A model generated the notes under the pieces. It was not told the origin of the DNA and did not search any database. It worked only from the letters and a program-made list of their open reading frames with translations. Of a stretch of 64,000 nucleotides of DNA, positions 41,606 to 54,727 are shown piece after piece. The stretch covers positions 93,000,001-93,064,000 of the forward strand of contig OX597823.1 of the NCBI GenBank assembly GCA_951406725.2, in the 5' to 3' direction. Source of the stretch: Octopus vulgaris (lineage: Eukaryota). The number at the start of each line of letters is the position of its first letter. The first letter of the stretch is position 1. The translations under genes and the position numbers were made by a program.

Positions 41606-42057
41606 AAAATATATGTGTGTGCATTTGTCTTAGTGTTTGCGTGTGTGCGAGCAAGCCTGTGTATGTGTGTGTATGTGTTTTTAGGTGTGTGTGTGTGTAT
41701 GTGTTTTTAGGTGTGTGTTTGTGTGTGTGTATGTGTTGTTGTAGCCATGATGTTCTGGTGATCAGGTAAGCTAAAGTTCTTCCTTTCAATAGATTTCTGA
41801 ATATGCAATTTCATTAAGCTCTCGCATACTTATTAGTGCAAAAATGTACGCAGAAGTCCTTCCACACAGAAATTAATACTACACGAAGGAAGTTGCAAAA
41901 CGGCAGTAACCTTATGGAAGTCCCGTGTTTCAATAAGTATATATACACAAACATCATGCCTTTTTACCTTGTTTACACGCGTGCCCACACACACGCTCTC
42001 TCTATCTCTCTCACACACACACACTCACACACACACAAACATACACACACTCACACT

Positions 42058-42266
42058 AGGGATGCTGAAAAGTTCCTGACTTTGGGTAAAAGAAAATACG
42101 GAAGTAACAATTACTTATGATTTTATCCAGCATATTCCATTCTCAGTTTCACACACCTAGTGCAGCGGTCGCTCAGTTTTCTAAAACCCGTAAAAGAACT
42201 CGGAAGATTTGACCTCCCATCGGGCATTTCACAATACCCCTAAAACCACGAATTTCTCAACACCCC
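42058..42266. mobile_element. mariner-derived MITE
   Basis: Imperfect TIRs gggatgctgaaaagttcctg / cacgaatttctcaacacccc. The interior minus strand reads GFRKLSDRCTRCVKLRMEYAG*, resembling a mariner C-terminus. Confidence 0.6.
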
Positions 42267-42877
42267 TTCGAAACGTTGTGTTAACAGCAAACAAGATGAG
42301 GACAAATATCCGTCAATTCTAAATAATGTAAAACAATGCTAAATGTTGATGTTGGAGTTAAACCACCTTTGTTGTCGTGCTTTGAAATCACTGAAGACGA
42401 GTGATTGGAGTAATAGACATATACGCCACAGAATAAAGAGAGATAATACTGAAAAGATGTGGCAGTACGAGGAGTTCAGAGAATGGTAAAGTAAATAGGT
42501 GTAATATGAGCTGTGTGGGTAGTATATGGGTAAAGTAGAACAGCTGTTATTGCAAAATATTTCTATGATATTATTGTGACATGACGTTGCGAGATGATTG
42601 TCAGGCAGTCCAATATATATATATATATATACACAGATATCCTCGCACCCAGACAGACGCATGCTTATATAGTATACGTTCGTATATATCATCTTCTTAT
42701 CTTTATATGTATACTATGTTTATTTTAAAACGGTTAATCAAACCAAAACATTATCTTAATTTTTAAATTATGTGCACGCAAACACACACACATACGCAGA
42801 CACACAGACACACACACACACATATATATATATACGCGTGTGAGAGTGTATTCATGGGTATATATATACATATGTAT

Positions 42878-42919
<42 letters not shown>

Positions 42920-42932
<13 letters not shown>

Positions 42933-43446
42933 TCTAGTTGTGTGAGTGTCTCTCCCCTTCGATTTAGATTCCTAACTCCTCCCACATTTTGCGGTGCAGT
43001 TTAACCAAATTCGGGTATCTTATAGTCGTGATTCATATCGAGCCCGTCTGACTATTAGCGCGCGTCAACGATGAGTCTACGATTTTAAAAATAATTTAAC
43101 ATCATTTTTTTATTCCATTTTAATGCATAAAATGCATCGTATGTCGATAGCGGCGGGGTTGGCATCCACGCTCACAGCTGCACCTGTTTGCTTCTCCCCT
43201 TCCCTCCCTCGTGAAGCTGTGGGGAAGGGAGTGTAAAGAAATCAACGTCGTAATGCGTTGTTAAGGAAACCAGCGTTCTTTTAGAACAACGACTTCATGG
43301 GTTGAAGACACTGAGTCAACGATTTAAAAAAAAAATTATCATCATTTTTTATTCCATTTTTAATGCATTTTTTTGCTATAACTCTCTAAAAATGCTTATA
43401 TAGTTATTTCCCTTACAAACCCAAGCAACGCAGGGCAATACTGCTA

Positions 43447-43447
<1 letters not shown>
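42920..43447 (+). mobile_element. Complete non-autonomous Helitron
   Basis: 5' atatataaaactctagttgtgtgagtgtct; 3' hairpin ccc-aagcaacgca-ggg then aatactgCTAG (43444-47) followed by T. Inserted in (TA)n. Confidence 0.85.
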
Positions 43448-43490
<43 letters not shown>

Positions 43491-43501
<11 letters not shown>

Positions 43502-43685
43502 GAAAAAACACCTTTTATCAATTCAATTATATACGTGTTTATTATTATTTTGCAATTTACTTAATTATCGGTATATTATTGTTATTTTAATTTTGATATT
43601 TTTATTATATGTAATTTTCTAGATGGTGTAATTTAATTGTTCATTTTGAATTGATAAAAGGTGTCTTTTTTTCTAACTTATATAT
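43491..43685. mobile_element. Short AT-rich fold-back element in (TA)n
   Basis: ttagaaaaaacaccttttatcaattca / tgaattgataaaaggtgtctttttttctaa. Confidence 0.65.
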
Positions 43686-43773
43686 ATATATTATATTTTG
43701 CGAAATTTGATTTAGCGTTTCTAAATTGAATTATTCCCTGTAAATTAGGAATAATATTCCCTAAAATAATTAT

Positions 43774-43809
<36 letters not shown>

Positions 43810-44120
43810 ACAAAATGAGACAACAAACCACGGCCGTGAGGAGTTTTCAGTACATTTATAAGGAAATAGTTTTACAGCTGTTTCTGGGATATTATGGCTA
43901 TCCCTTTATCAGAGACTGTGTGACATGGTTAAACAGAGGAAATATTTAAGGTCGAATTATTATGGAAAAGGAGAATATAGGGAATATAGAGGAAATTAAA
44001 GTAGAAATAAGATATATAAAGATATTGTAGTTAAAGTTCCATTATTCGAAGAAAGTGGGGTATAGAATTGGTAAAAATGTTTCCTGTACTTGGTATGTAT
44101 GTTCGAATGAAAATTTGAGA
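43810..44120 (-). mobile_element. PLE-terminus-like module with minimal HHR (43867-43918)
   Basis: Minus strand: agtct CTGATAA a gggata-gccataa-tatccc a GAAAC agct GTA aaact. Single G8->A change in the core, perfect 6-bp stem II, palindromic ACAGCTGT. Ends at (TA)n. Confidence 0.8.
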
Positions 44121-44372
44121 ATGTATCGGTAATATTAGTGAATAGATGGGGAGGAGGAGAGCTATGTATCATTAGAATGAAGAGACAGGTCAAAATAAAG
44201 ACATGAAGAGGAAAATGAGAGGAAAAGAGAAGAATAAAAAAAGGAAAGAAGGGAGAGGGAAAAAACAAAAACCGGAAGAGTGAAAAAAGTGAAGGATGGC
44301 ACCAGTACATCTCTTACATATATATATAAATACACACACACACAACAATTACAGAATAGAGTATGGGAAATC

Positions 44373-44458
44373 TGAGTTACATATGTTCCATAGCGAGTAG
44401 AACCTCAGAAGTGGTAAAATCCAAGTGAGGTGTACATCAACGGCTACTCTTCAAGCTA
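44373..44458 (-). ncRNA. HHR relic with long stem II
   Basis: Minus strand: agc TTGAAGA gtagc...acctca...tgaggt...gctat GGAAC atat GTA act. Palindromic ACATATGT. Confidence 0.55.
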
Positions 44459-44523
44459 CGGATATCTTGATCGGATTAAATACTACATTGTCGGAAGGGG
44501 TACATTTTGACGCAACGATTACA

Positions 44524-44588
<65 letters not shown>

Positions 44589-44598
44589 GTGTGTGTGG

Positions 44599-44638
<40 letters not shown>

Positions 44639-46071
44639 TTACATACATACATACGTACATACATACTTCCACAGCGATATTTTCAAATGAGATCATTGTA
44701 GAAACAGCCATTGAAATTGTTAAATTAATCCGCGCATGAAATTAAGATATAAGCAAAAAAGAAAAATGTTTAAAAACAATATAAAGAAAACTGAATAAAT
44801 GTGAAATAACATTTACTTAATTCGTGACTATTAATATCAAACATTTTTATATATGTTTTAGTTCTTCATTATCTTGGAAGTCTCTGCAATAATTTAATTA
44901 AATAAAGAGAAAAACAGAAAGAATTATAATTTCCAACGATTATGTTTTTAATACCATATTTCCCACTACTGTCAGTTGTAAAATATTGATCGAAATCTTG
45001 TTTGCATTATTTGTGAAAATTGTTTCTCTCTCCTATTGTGTAAGCGTTTGGTTTATGGTTTCGGCGTGTGTTTGTGTGTATGTGCGTGTGTAACAGGACG
45101 TCGTGATCTATTGACTTGATATCTCCAGCAGATGTCCTAGAAAGACGAGGTTATCCTCGTACTCGTGTGTCGGTGGCTAGTTCCTTATATATGAGACCTT
45201 TGTGGTTCCTCCCGTCTGGCATACGATGTACGTGACGGTGATGCTGGAGCAGGGCGAATATTGTGTGTATCAGAAGATACAATGCCATCAAAAGCTCACA
45301 CAAATTTCTCCAGGTAAAGATCCATGGTTTTTCAAAACCGACTGATGCCTTAGATACATGCGTATTGTACCAAATTTTGGAATGAGTGATGAAGTTTTCG
45401 TGGAGGGGCTTACTTTCTTAGCTCGATTGGTTTATGAATTTATCGTTTCTGAAGGGATGAAGGACAAAATCAATTTCCTCGAAATCGAAATTTGAACTCA
45501 GAAAGTTAGCCAGAAGAAATGCCGCAAATCATATTAGTCAACACGCGAAAGATTCTGCCATCACGCCCCGTTAATAGTTAAATATGGGTTTTTACAGCTA
45601 TAACATATTTTAAATAAAATTACTCAGTGATTTTATTTACACATTCAATAATATTTTATACAGCAGTACCTTCTTTAGAAAATCTCACCGACGTGCTTAC
45701 GCGCATTCACTCACATGCACACATATATATGCATAGCGAAACGCATACGTGTGCATGTATGTGGTTATCGCACAAAATGGAGAAGTCAACCTTTGTAGAC
45801 AAACGATTCATTAAAGTTTATGGAATTTACAAATATTACCTTATCTCTCCTGCTTGTTTAACAATATACACACTCCAACATGCTCTACACTTATAAGTGT
45901 AAATACATACGCATATATATTTACAGCTTACACACACAAGGCAAGCACACACGAGCACACAAACACAAATACTTATCCACATAGGAAGAGTATGAGGTAA
46001 ATAGAGAAAAGGAATTTGTGTATTCAATATGTGCGTGTGTCCGTGTGTGTGTTTGAGTGTGTATTGTATAT

Positions 46072-46123
<52 letters not shown>

Positions 46124-46599
46124 ATGTGTCTGTGTGTGTGAAAGAGAGAACGATGAAATGTTTCTGTATGTGTGTTTTCGTGCACATCTTTCTATTTGTA
46201 TGAGCGAACATTGTCCACATTCCTATTTGCATGGTAATGTGTGCAGGCCACTTACATCGTCCATTCGACGTTGGATCCATCCTCGCAGATTATTAATTAT
46301 CGCCTTTGCAGTGTTTCACCGTAAACCCCTTGTAGATAATAATCCAATAAACCATCTGCTCTCCTAACTCTACCATGGCAACCAAAAATTATACATTACC
46401 CAGCTGAAAGTAGGAGCATATTATATACGATAAAGCGAGGGCGATTGTTTGCCTTGCTCATTATGAATTCCAGGCTGCTATTTTCTTTGGAAACAAACGA
46501 ATGTGTAAGCAGCAAATAAATGTTAATAATTTTGCACTCACTTGCTATATCTAAGAATGGAATGAAAGAGAGTATACATAAAGCGTTTCCTTTTCCTTT

Positions 46600-46992
46600 C
46601 TAACTATATATAAAGCTGAAGTTGTCTGTGTATGGCAGGAGGTTTAGTAGCCTTCTACTAACACTATCTCCTCCGAGACCCTGAGGCACGAGTTAACCAA
46701 AATTGACAATATGATAGACGAAGGCTTGCTTTACCTTCCGTAGGAAAAAAATTAAAATCGGACCATGTTAACACCAAAAATTATTTACATAAAAAAGTGC
46801 TTTTTTTCTACAAAAATCCCTATTTTTTTACGATTTTTTTACTGTTGTGTCGCCATTTTTCGGTGTATTTCAACTGGAAAAATTTTCACTTCGAGACAAT
46901 AACAAGCTACATAATGCAGAATTTTTACTTTTCAAAAATTCCAATTCAAAAGGGTCGAAACAAATCGGAGCAACGCCGGGTGATACTGCTAG
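46600..46992 (+). mobile_element. Complete non-autonomous Helitron
   Basis: 5' ctatatataaagctgaagttgtctgtgt; 3' cggagcaacgccggg-tgatactgCTAG (46989-92) followed by T. Same 3' signature as 42920-43447. Confidence 0.85.
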
Positions 46993-47439
46993 TTTGTTTA
47001 TAAATGGCAAAGGTAAGTACAAATATACAGACAATTTTTTATAGTATTGTGTTGAGTCAAAAGCTTTGCAATATTTTGGTAACTCATATGCTTTATTCAT
47101 CAAGTTACAACAAAATCAGTCTTGCATTCCAAGGAGAGGCCGTCGAGTTACACCGCTTGAAGTAAATTGTCTGTCACTTCTTTGAGCCACGCTGGCACCA
47201 GTTCTTGTCCTTCGAGGCGTCCTTCACCGAAGCTTCCACAGTCGTTTGATGAAGCGTCGCGAATGCAGGAAGTGAGCCATAATATTCTTTTCTACTCTAG
47301 GCATAAGGCTCGAAATGTTTTCCTGTGGGGAAATGGGGTGGGTGGTGTCTGTATGGGGTCTGAGTGGTCTTGGGTGAAATGGAGTTTGACTTGGGTGTCA
47401 CATCACGCTCGGTGTTATTTCCTTTTCCTCTTCTTCCTT

Positions 47440-48391
47440 CTACTCTCTGTTAATCCCCATTCTTCCTCCTTTCCTCCTTTCCTCCGTCTGTCTTTTCTTC
47501 CCCTCTTTTCTCTTACGTCGCCACAACTGTTTTCTCTGCTATTGTCCTCTGTAGAGGGCAGTATGCTCTAATGTGGTCCTTTTCGCCATTTTTAAAACAA
47601 CGTGGTACTCTGCCCTCTACCCACACTCTCAGCAAAATTTCCCCCAACGTCTCTGCCAAATCTCCAGTTGTCCCTCCTCTCTGTCTGTATAATTAATTCT
47701 AGTATCTTCCCTTTCCACCCTCCTTCTTCCGTTTCTGTGGCTTGAAGGACAACCACTTTCTCCTCACAACAAAGACAGCCGCCTCCACCCAAGCCACTTC
47801 TATATCAGGTGGAATTGCTTCTACCTTTACTTTGGAAGTCTTTCTTCCAAGATATGTGGGCAGAAGCACTACTTCCTTTGTCTTCACCGCCACACTCGCC
47901 AGAATCCTCACCTCCTCTACTGTTCTAATTTGGACAACCACTGTCCCATATCTCTTCCCCTTAGTTATGTATATTATTTCCTTTGGCCGATCCCTTAGCG
48001 CCTTTTCCTTTTCAGCTTCCACCTGCTCAGCCTAATTTTCTATTAACGAGATCACCTTATAGGTGATTATTTCTCTCTCCATCCGCACCATAATTCCTTT
48101 GCGGCGCGACAACCTCACGTCATCTCCCACCTTCTGCACTATCTACTCATACTCTTTCAGACCAGCCAAGTCCAACTCCCTTCGCTTCATCTTCGTGGCC
48201 TCAACAAAACTCCTTACCTTCTCAAACACTCCGTCCATTTTTATGACCGCCCTTACCAGCTCCTCCTCTGCTGAAGACAACTCACACCCGTTAAAGTCTG
48301 AGTACATCATCTCTACCCTCAAAGCAGCAAAACAAAACGTCCGACTCGCACACAAACGACAAACCAAATGCACTCTGGGTGACGCATGCAC
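47440..48391 (-). mobile_element. LINE 5' UTR plus ORF1 (gag-like) relic, possibly L1/Tx1-type
   Basis: Collinear broken frames MYSDFNGCELSSAEEELVRAV... and ...KRYGTVVVQIRTVEEVRIL...LLPTYLGRKTSKVKVEAIPPDIEVAWV resemble non-LTR ORF1 (RRM-like, V+V.g+PP). Clade assignment is tentative. Confidence 0.6.
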
Positions 48392-49662
48392 GGAAGCGAA
48401 CTTCTTACCACCCAACTACCCCTGCACTTATTTCTATATATATATGTTAACTCAAAATCAGTGCCATATGGAATATTATGACAGACGAAAACGGCAATCT
48501 AGCAGAATCGCTACAGCAAGGAACAGTGTTTTAGGCGGCATTTCTTTTACCTCTTTAATTTTGGAGTTCAAATACCGCCATTGGGTGGATAAATAAAGTA
48601 CAATTTTAGTACTGAGGTCGAAGTAATTGGCTAGCTTCTCACCTCGAAATTGTGGACTTGAGCCAGAATTACAAAGGATTATGACATTGACTTAGTGGAC
48701 ACCAAATCCTTTAAATCAATAGCGTTAACGACTCGAAAATGTAATTGAATCTTATCCTAATTTCGCTTCTGAAAGGAAAGGGAATCAGTTCCAACCGAAT
48801 ATTCAATAACTTGTTGCTGGTTAATTATACACTTCTTTGAACTGACAACATCCAGGATCCAAGGCATCATTAAAAATAGTTGACATTTTGTTTTGTACTG
48901 CAAGTTTCTTAGATGATTGTAATAAATGCAGATTGAGTTGTAGCAAATGACACATATATGTTTTATATAGCAATAACGTATCTAACTCAGCTCTCGTTCT
49001 TTGATTCCATAACCAATAATATTTTGTAGCACGTTGACTTCCACGAGTTAATTCTACATTGTAACAGGTCCTGTGTATTTAGATTCAGCCGCCTTTCTCT
49101 GGATTTTTATTCTTTTTGCATCATTTATGATATTTTCTGATGGCCATTAACATCATAGAATATTATGCATTTGATACAACGCATCTGTTCTCTGTACGCT
49201 TTGTCCACTTATAGCATTTGTAGTCCTTAGCAGTCATGTATATTTTAACGATGTGTCTTTAGATAGAAATCTGATAATTGGGTTCTAACAACGTAGATGA
49301 GATAAAATCTAGTTCACGTTAGCATTACCAAATTGCATTATCCCGTTGCAGAATCCTTTGCGTGAAACCGTTCTCTAACATAACATTCTCAAATACGTAA
49401 GAGACTTAACGAGTTTCACTTGAGAGCCAAGTGCATGCGTCATCCTTAATAACAAAGTTGTTGCATTACACAATGTGTACACATCCAAATATACAATGCA
49501 ATGCCAATATCTACATCCACATCTAAGATAACAGACCTAAATTACTTTTCGCCATCAAATACGAAAATTCTTTCTCAAACATGGCATTTCTCTCCCTTTC
49601 CCCATCTCCCCCCTCTCAGTCAGTAAACAAAACAATTTCCTATACTGTCTGGCATTCGCCAT

Positions 49663-49855
49663 GATAGATCGCTAGCCACTAAACCCTTTTCTGTTTTCTG
49701 TCCCTGTTTAATTCTGTGTTCCTTTCTGCCAAAGAGCGTAGGCTCGAAACCTAAAAGACTTTCTCATTTCCCAAGCGCTAAACTAATACATGTGTTTGCA
49801 CACCCATCATCGTCTTTTTTTCTGTTTTCTTTTTGTATATTCTCACTTTATATAC
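49663..49855 (+). mobile_element. Second copy of the 8516 HHR module (decayed core 49722-49757)
   Basis: gatcgctagccacta...cttt CTGCCAA a gagc-gtag-gctc GAAAC CTA aaag...taatacatgtgtttg. Confidence 0.65.
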
Positions 49856-50920
49856 TGGTATTCTTGGAGATCTTAGATATTCTAGCATTGCAACGGGCCT
49901 ATTTAATGCTTCCCGTAACGAATTCTAACGAATTTTCCAATTCAATATATTTTGACCACACCATCTCGAAGTTGCTTCAACAGAAATATACCAGCAGGCG
50001 TTCATCTCTACAAAAGCGACACACGTTATACTAACCACGCGAACATCTGACTGCACTTGTTGCTTGATCGATTACACAATTGATCCGATTTCCAGATTCG
50101 GTGATTTATATACCTCCCACCACCACCACCACCAATCACCTGGACGGATGCCAGTCTGTCGTAGGATTATTTTTGCCATTTCAATGGAATGGAACGACGG
50201 AAAACGAAAACGCAATGCTCATGAACATAAAGAAAATGGAAAGGCATACAATCGGAAACAATACGAATTTAATTGCAAATTCAAATCTTGTTTAGTCATT
50301 GGACTGCGGCCATACTGGAGCAGCATCTTAATACGTTTAGGCGAAGGAATCGATCCCAGTACTTATATTTATGTCTAGTACTTATTCTATCGATTCTTAG
50401 GCCGATCCGCTAAGTTACGTTGATATAAACAAGCCACTCCTAGTTGCCAGGCAATGGCGGCTGGTAAAGCACGGACACAAAGACAAGAACACGTATTCCA
50501 CGAGCTTCCACAAAGTTTCTGTCAATTCTATTCTCGCCCAAGACAGCAATAGCTGATTTGTTCGAGTAAACCTTTCAAAGCGGTGCCCCAGCAAGGCCGC
50601 AGTCCATTGACGGAAGCAAATAAACAATAAATGATAAAATACGTATTTATTTATTGTTTCGGACAGTTTATTTCAATTTAAAAATTGGTAGATTCGGAAA
50701 AAAATGGCGGTGAGCTGGCAGGATCGTTATCATGTCGGGCAAAACGCTTGCCGGCATTTCGTGTCTTTACGTTCTAGGTTCAAATTCTGCTGAGTTTGAC
50801 TTTGCCTTACGTCCTCTCGGTGTCAATAAAATACGGTATTATTTGAACACTGAGATCGATGTAATCGATTTACCAACTTCCTTGCGATTGCTCGCCTTTT
50901 ACCAAAAACTTAAAACCAAT

Positions 50921-51320
50921 CGCAGGAGTGGCTGTGTGGTAAGAAGGTTGCCTACCAACGACGTGGCTCCTGGTTCAGACCCACTGTGTCGCACATTGGG
51001 CAAGTGTCTTTTGCTATAACCTTGGACCGAACAAAGACTTGTGAGTAGATTTCATAGACGGAAACTGAAAGAATCCCGTCGAATACATATGGCCATGTGT
51101 GTGTGTGTGTGTGTGTCTGTCTGTCTGTATATGTCGCTCCCTACCACTTGACAACCGGTTTTGGTGTGCTTACGCCACCATAACCTAGCGGTTCGACGAA
51201 ACAAACCGATAGAATAAGTACGAAACTTTAAAAAAAAATAAGCGTTGGGATCCATTCATTTGGCTAAAAGATTTTCAAGCCGGTGCTCTAGCATGACTGA
51301 AGCAAGTGAAAGATAAAGGA
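50921..51320 (+). mobile_element. CORE-like SINE (41212-type)
   Basis: cgcaggagtggctgtgtggtaagaag head, ttgggcaagtgtctt, and matching tail. Confidence 0.85.
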
Positions 51321-51694
51321 TAAATGTTGTCTGTTTCCATGGTGCCATAAATAGAGTTATTTTGCACACCTTTCCGAAATGGATTCAGTTTAATTGTATT
51401 TTATATCCAAGTTATATTCCATCGGTTCCGGAGGAGAATGTTTCAGTGGATCCAATCAATGGAAACACCCTGCTTATGAAAATAACATGCTGAGCAATCC
51501 ACGGACATGCGCATACAGAGATTCAAATACAGTTCATTTATATCACCTGATGGACTGGAGCAAGGGTAAATAGAGTGTCTTGTTCAAGGACACAGCACAA
51601 CATACCGCCGGTAATCGAAGTGACGCCTTCATGATCGTGAGCCGAGACCACATAACCACTAAGCCAGGCGTTATACTATAATAGTTATATGACG

Positions 51695-52825
51695 TACGTA
51701 ATCTGATCAATAAGTATACGGACGGTTTCCATAGTAACGAAGCTAAAGCATGCAGATTAAAGCCGCTTGGTACAAACTGGTTTAAAACTCTGCTGTGCGT
51801 GTGCACTGACGCTTAACGTCTTATCTCACTTCTGATATTAACAGCAGTGCTTGGAAGGAAGATGTGAAGCGTGTGATCTTCACATTGACCATGACAGAAA
51901 TTTGAGCAAAGATTTTGCATCAAATTTTGCCAAAAGCTTTGCAACATCTGCTTAGAGGCCTATAAAAAGTTTTCAAAATGTTTCCCTCGGTCCAGACTCA
52001 GTCAAGGAGACTTAGTGCAACTGAAATGCGGGTATCTTTTTGGTTAGCTGAAAGCAATTTTGGCACAAATTTGGCAGACACGCGCCTCATATCCAAAGCT
52101 ATCTTCAGTGATAACGGACTGAACTGTCCCATGACTAATCTTCACATCCTCGGATAACTCACGGATGGTGATTCGACGATTTCCCCCTACACCTGCACGC
52201 ACGTCTGTGGTGTTTCTCTCAGTTCTACTGGTTGAAGGTCTCCCAAAACGTTTGTCAATATCGACATTTTCCAGCCATCTTGGAACATCTGAACTACTCC
52301 CACACTTGTGTGCGGCTCATACACGCCCCTCCATACACTTTCTGCAACTTTGCATGTGCTTCTGTTCGAAACGATAAATAAATACGTATTTTATCATTTA
52401 TTGTTTATTTGCTTCCGTCACTGGACTGCGGCCTTGCTGGGGCACCGCTTTGAAAGGTTTACTCGAACAAATCAGCTAGTGCTGTCTTGTGCGAGAATGG
52501 AATTGACAGAAACTTTGTGGAAGCTCGTGGAATACGTGTTCTTGTCTTCGTGTCCGTCCTTTACCAGCCGCCATTGCCTGGCAACTAGGAGTGGCCTGTT
52601 TATATCAACGTAACTAGCTTACTCTGTCATGGTCAAATTGACGATCACACCTACACACATTCATTTCAGGCATTTCTGTAAACAGCAGATGTGAGGTAGA
52701 ACATTAAAACTTACTGCGCATGTACAACAGAGTCTAAGGTCAATCTTTGCGAAGCAGCTTTATTCTGCATGCTTTAACGCCGTTCCTATGGCAATAGTCC
52801 AGATACTTATTGATCAGAACTCGTC
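51695..52825. mobile_element. Rearranged mariner built from two inverted 5' ends
   Basis: TIRs ctgatcaataagtat / atacttattgatcag. Plus strand MTE..EQRFCIKFCQKL from about 51890. Minus strand MTE, then TEAHAKLQKVYG..MSRTQVWE, GRPSTSRT, NRRITIRELSEDV and MRRVSAKFVPKLL. Confidence 0.85.
52362..52615 (-). repeat. Inverted duplicate of 50413-50666
   Basis: About 254 bp with about 9 mismatches by eye. The ORF track also shows it (50415..50627- versus 52308..52613+). Confidence 0.9.
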
Positions 52826-53414
52826 TACTTGTTTTACCTAGTATTAGCTATACATTAAACATACTAAGGTCATCATTCCCAAACAATATCTGCCTTCTCC
52901 GAGTAGCGAAGCCTCATTGGTCAGGTCTAGCCTTGCATGACACTCACAGGTATCGATTCGTTTTTGGGAGAAGATGATAATATTCTAATGAACCAACAGC
53001 TCAGTTGATGGTCTGGTCTTCATTATTTGGTGTAAGTTTCTTTCAGAATTTTATTATGAAGTTTTATAAATCATTTTATTTGTATAAATCATTGTATAAT
53101 AAGCAGCGTAAATCCAATAAAATCGGATTATTTATTTTAGCGATAAATCTAAAACTGCTCATGAACAAACAATATCAACAGGTATTATAGAATAGCAATT
53201 TCATAACGCATACACACCAACCTATAGGCATATACATACATATGTGTGTGTGTGTGTCTTTGTGTGTGTGTGTATGTTTTCAATGTGTACAAATAACACA
53301 GAAAAATAAAAAGAAGTTACCAGGGTAAGCAAAAATTCGCATAAGTACCAAGGATGTAACAGGTTACTTATAAAGGTAGAAATTCCAGGGTTTAGTGAAA
53401 TGTGTTCATTAACA

Positions 53415-53600
53415 CAAATAAATGGAGTTAAACGCAGGTGTTATTCAAATCCTTATGCTTCCGACATATGTTTCAAAATAAAACATTGGTTTTATTCCAG
53501 AAGGAATAAAATGATGTGAAATAATGTCATCTTCTCATCAAAGAAAAAAAAAACCAAACACATCAATAAGACATTTTAACAGAATGTGATGACTGCGTAT
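53415..53600 (-). mobile_element. HHR-bearing non-coding module (HHR 53459-53545)
   Basis: Minus strand: ttct TTGATGA ga...tt GAAAC atat GTC ggaa, with internal hairpin ttttattcc-ttct-ggaataaaa. Homologous to 63260-63446 and abuts (TA)n. Confidence 0.7.
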
Positions 53601-53680
<80 letters not shown>

Positions 53681-53684
53681 ATAT

Positions 53685-54080
53685 ATATTCTTTTATTCTT
53701 TTACTTGTTCCAGTCATTTGACTGCGGCAGTACTGGAGCACGACCTTTAGTCGAGCAAATCGACGCCAGGACTTACTCTTTGTAAGCCCACTACTTATTC
53801 TATCGGTCTCTTTTGCCGAACCTCTAAGTTGTGGGGACGTAAACAAACCAGCAAGCGATGCTGGGGGGGGGGGGCACATTCACAAACACACACACACACA
53901 CACAAATATCTATATATACGACGGGCTTCCTTCAGTTCCCGCCTATCAGATCCACTCACGAGGCTTTGGTCAGTCAGAGGCTATAGTAGAAGACACTTGC
54001 CCAAGGTGCCATGCAGAGTGACTTAACCCAGAACTATGTGGTTGGAAAGCAGGCTACTTACCACACAACCACTCCTGCGC
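53685..54080 (-). mobile_element. CORE-like SINE (41212-type), full length
   Basis: Reverse complement of the 41212 consensus from tail to ggcgcaggagtggttgtgtggtaag head. Confidence 0.9.
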
Positions 54081-54727
54081 CAATATATGTATATATACAT
54101 TAAAGCATATAAACGAATGTTTATATGTTTATGTGTGTGTATGTGTGTGCATAAGTTTATATGTCTGTGTGTGCATAAGTATGTATGTCTGTGTGTGTTT
54201 GCGTGTATGTGTGTATGCGTATCAACTGTAGTACTAAAATCATCAAATTATGCAAACAACCGAAATACATATGAGACAGATAGACAATGCATTTGATAAA
54301 AACAACAAAGTTTGAGAACTTAATACTGATATAACTAAAGATTGTAGGCGTTCAAAAGAGGTTGAATGGCAGAATTAGCGGCGCTGATTTCAACTTATGG
54401 TATTACATTTGTCATATATCTTATGCCCAAAGTTTCACTTGATACGCTGCGCTTTTATTTGTTTTCTGTTTGATAACATGTGTGTAGGCGCAGTTGTGGG
54501 GGGGGGGTGAAAAAACGTTTCCTCCCCAATGGTATGTTTGTGGGTTAAGTATCACTAGGCGACTGCTTGGGCAAGTGTCTTGCACTATGGCCTTTTGTAA
54601 GTTGACTTCGTTGGCGGTAAATGAAAACAAACCCTTCCAGTCGTATACATATATATATACGTGTGCGTGTATGCGTGCGCACCCATGCGTGTCTGTGTGT
54701 TTCTTTCTGCCTGTGTTTGTCCATCGT

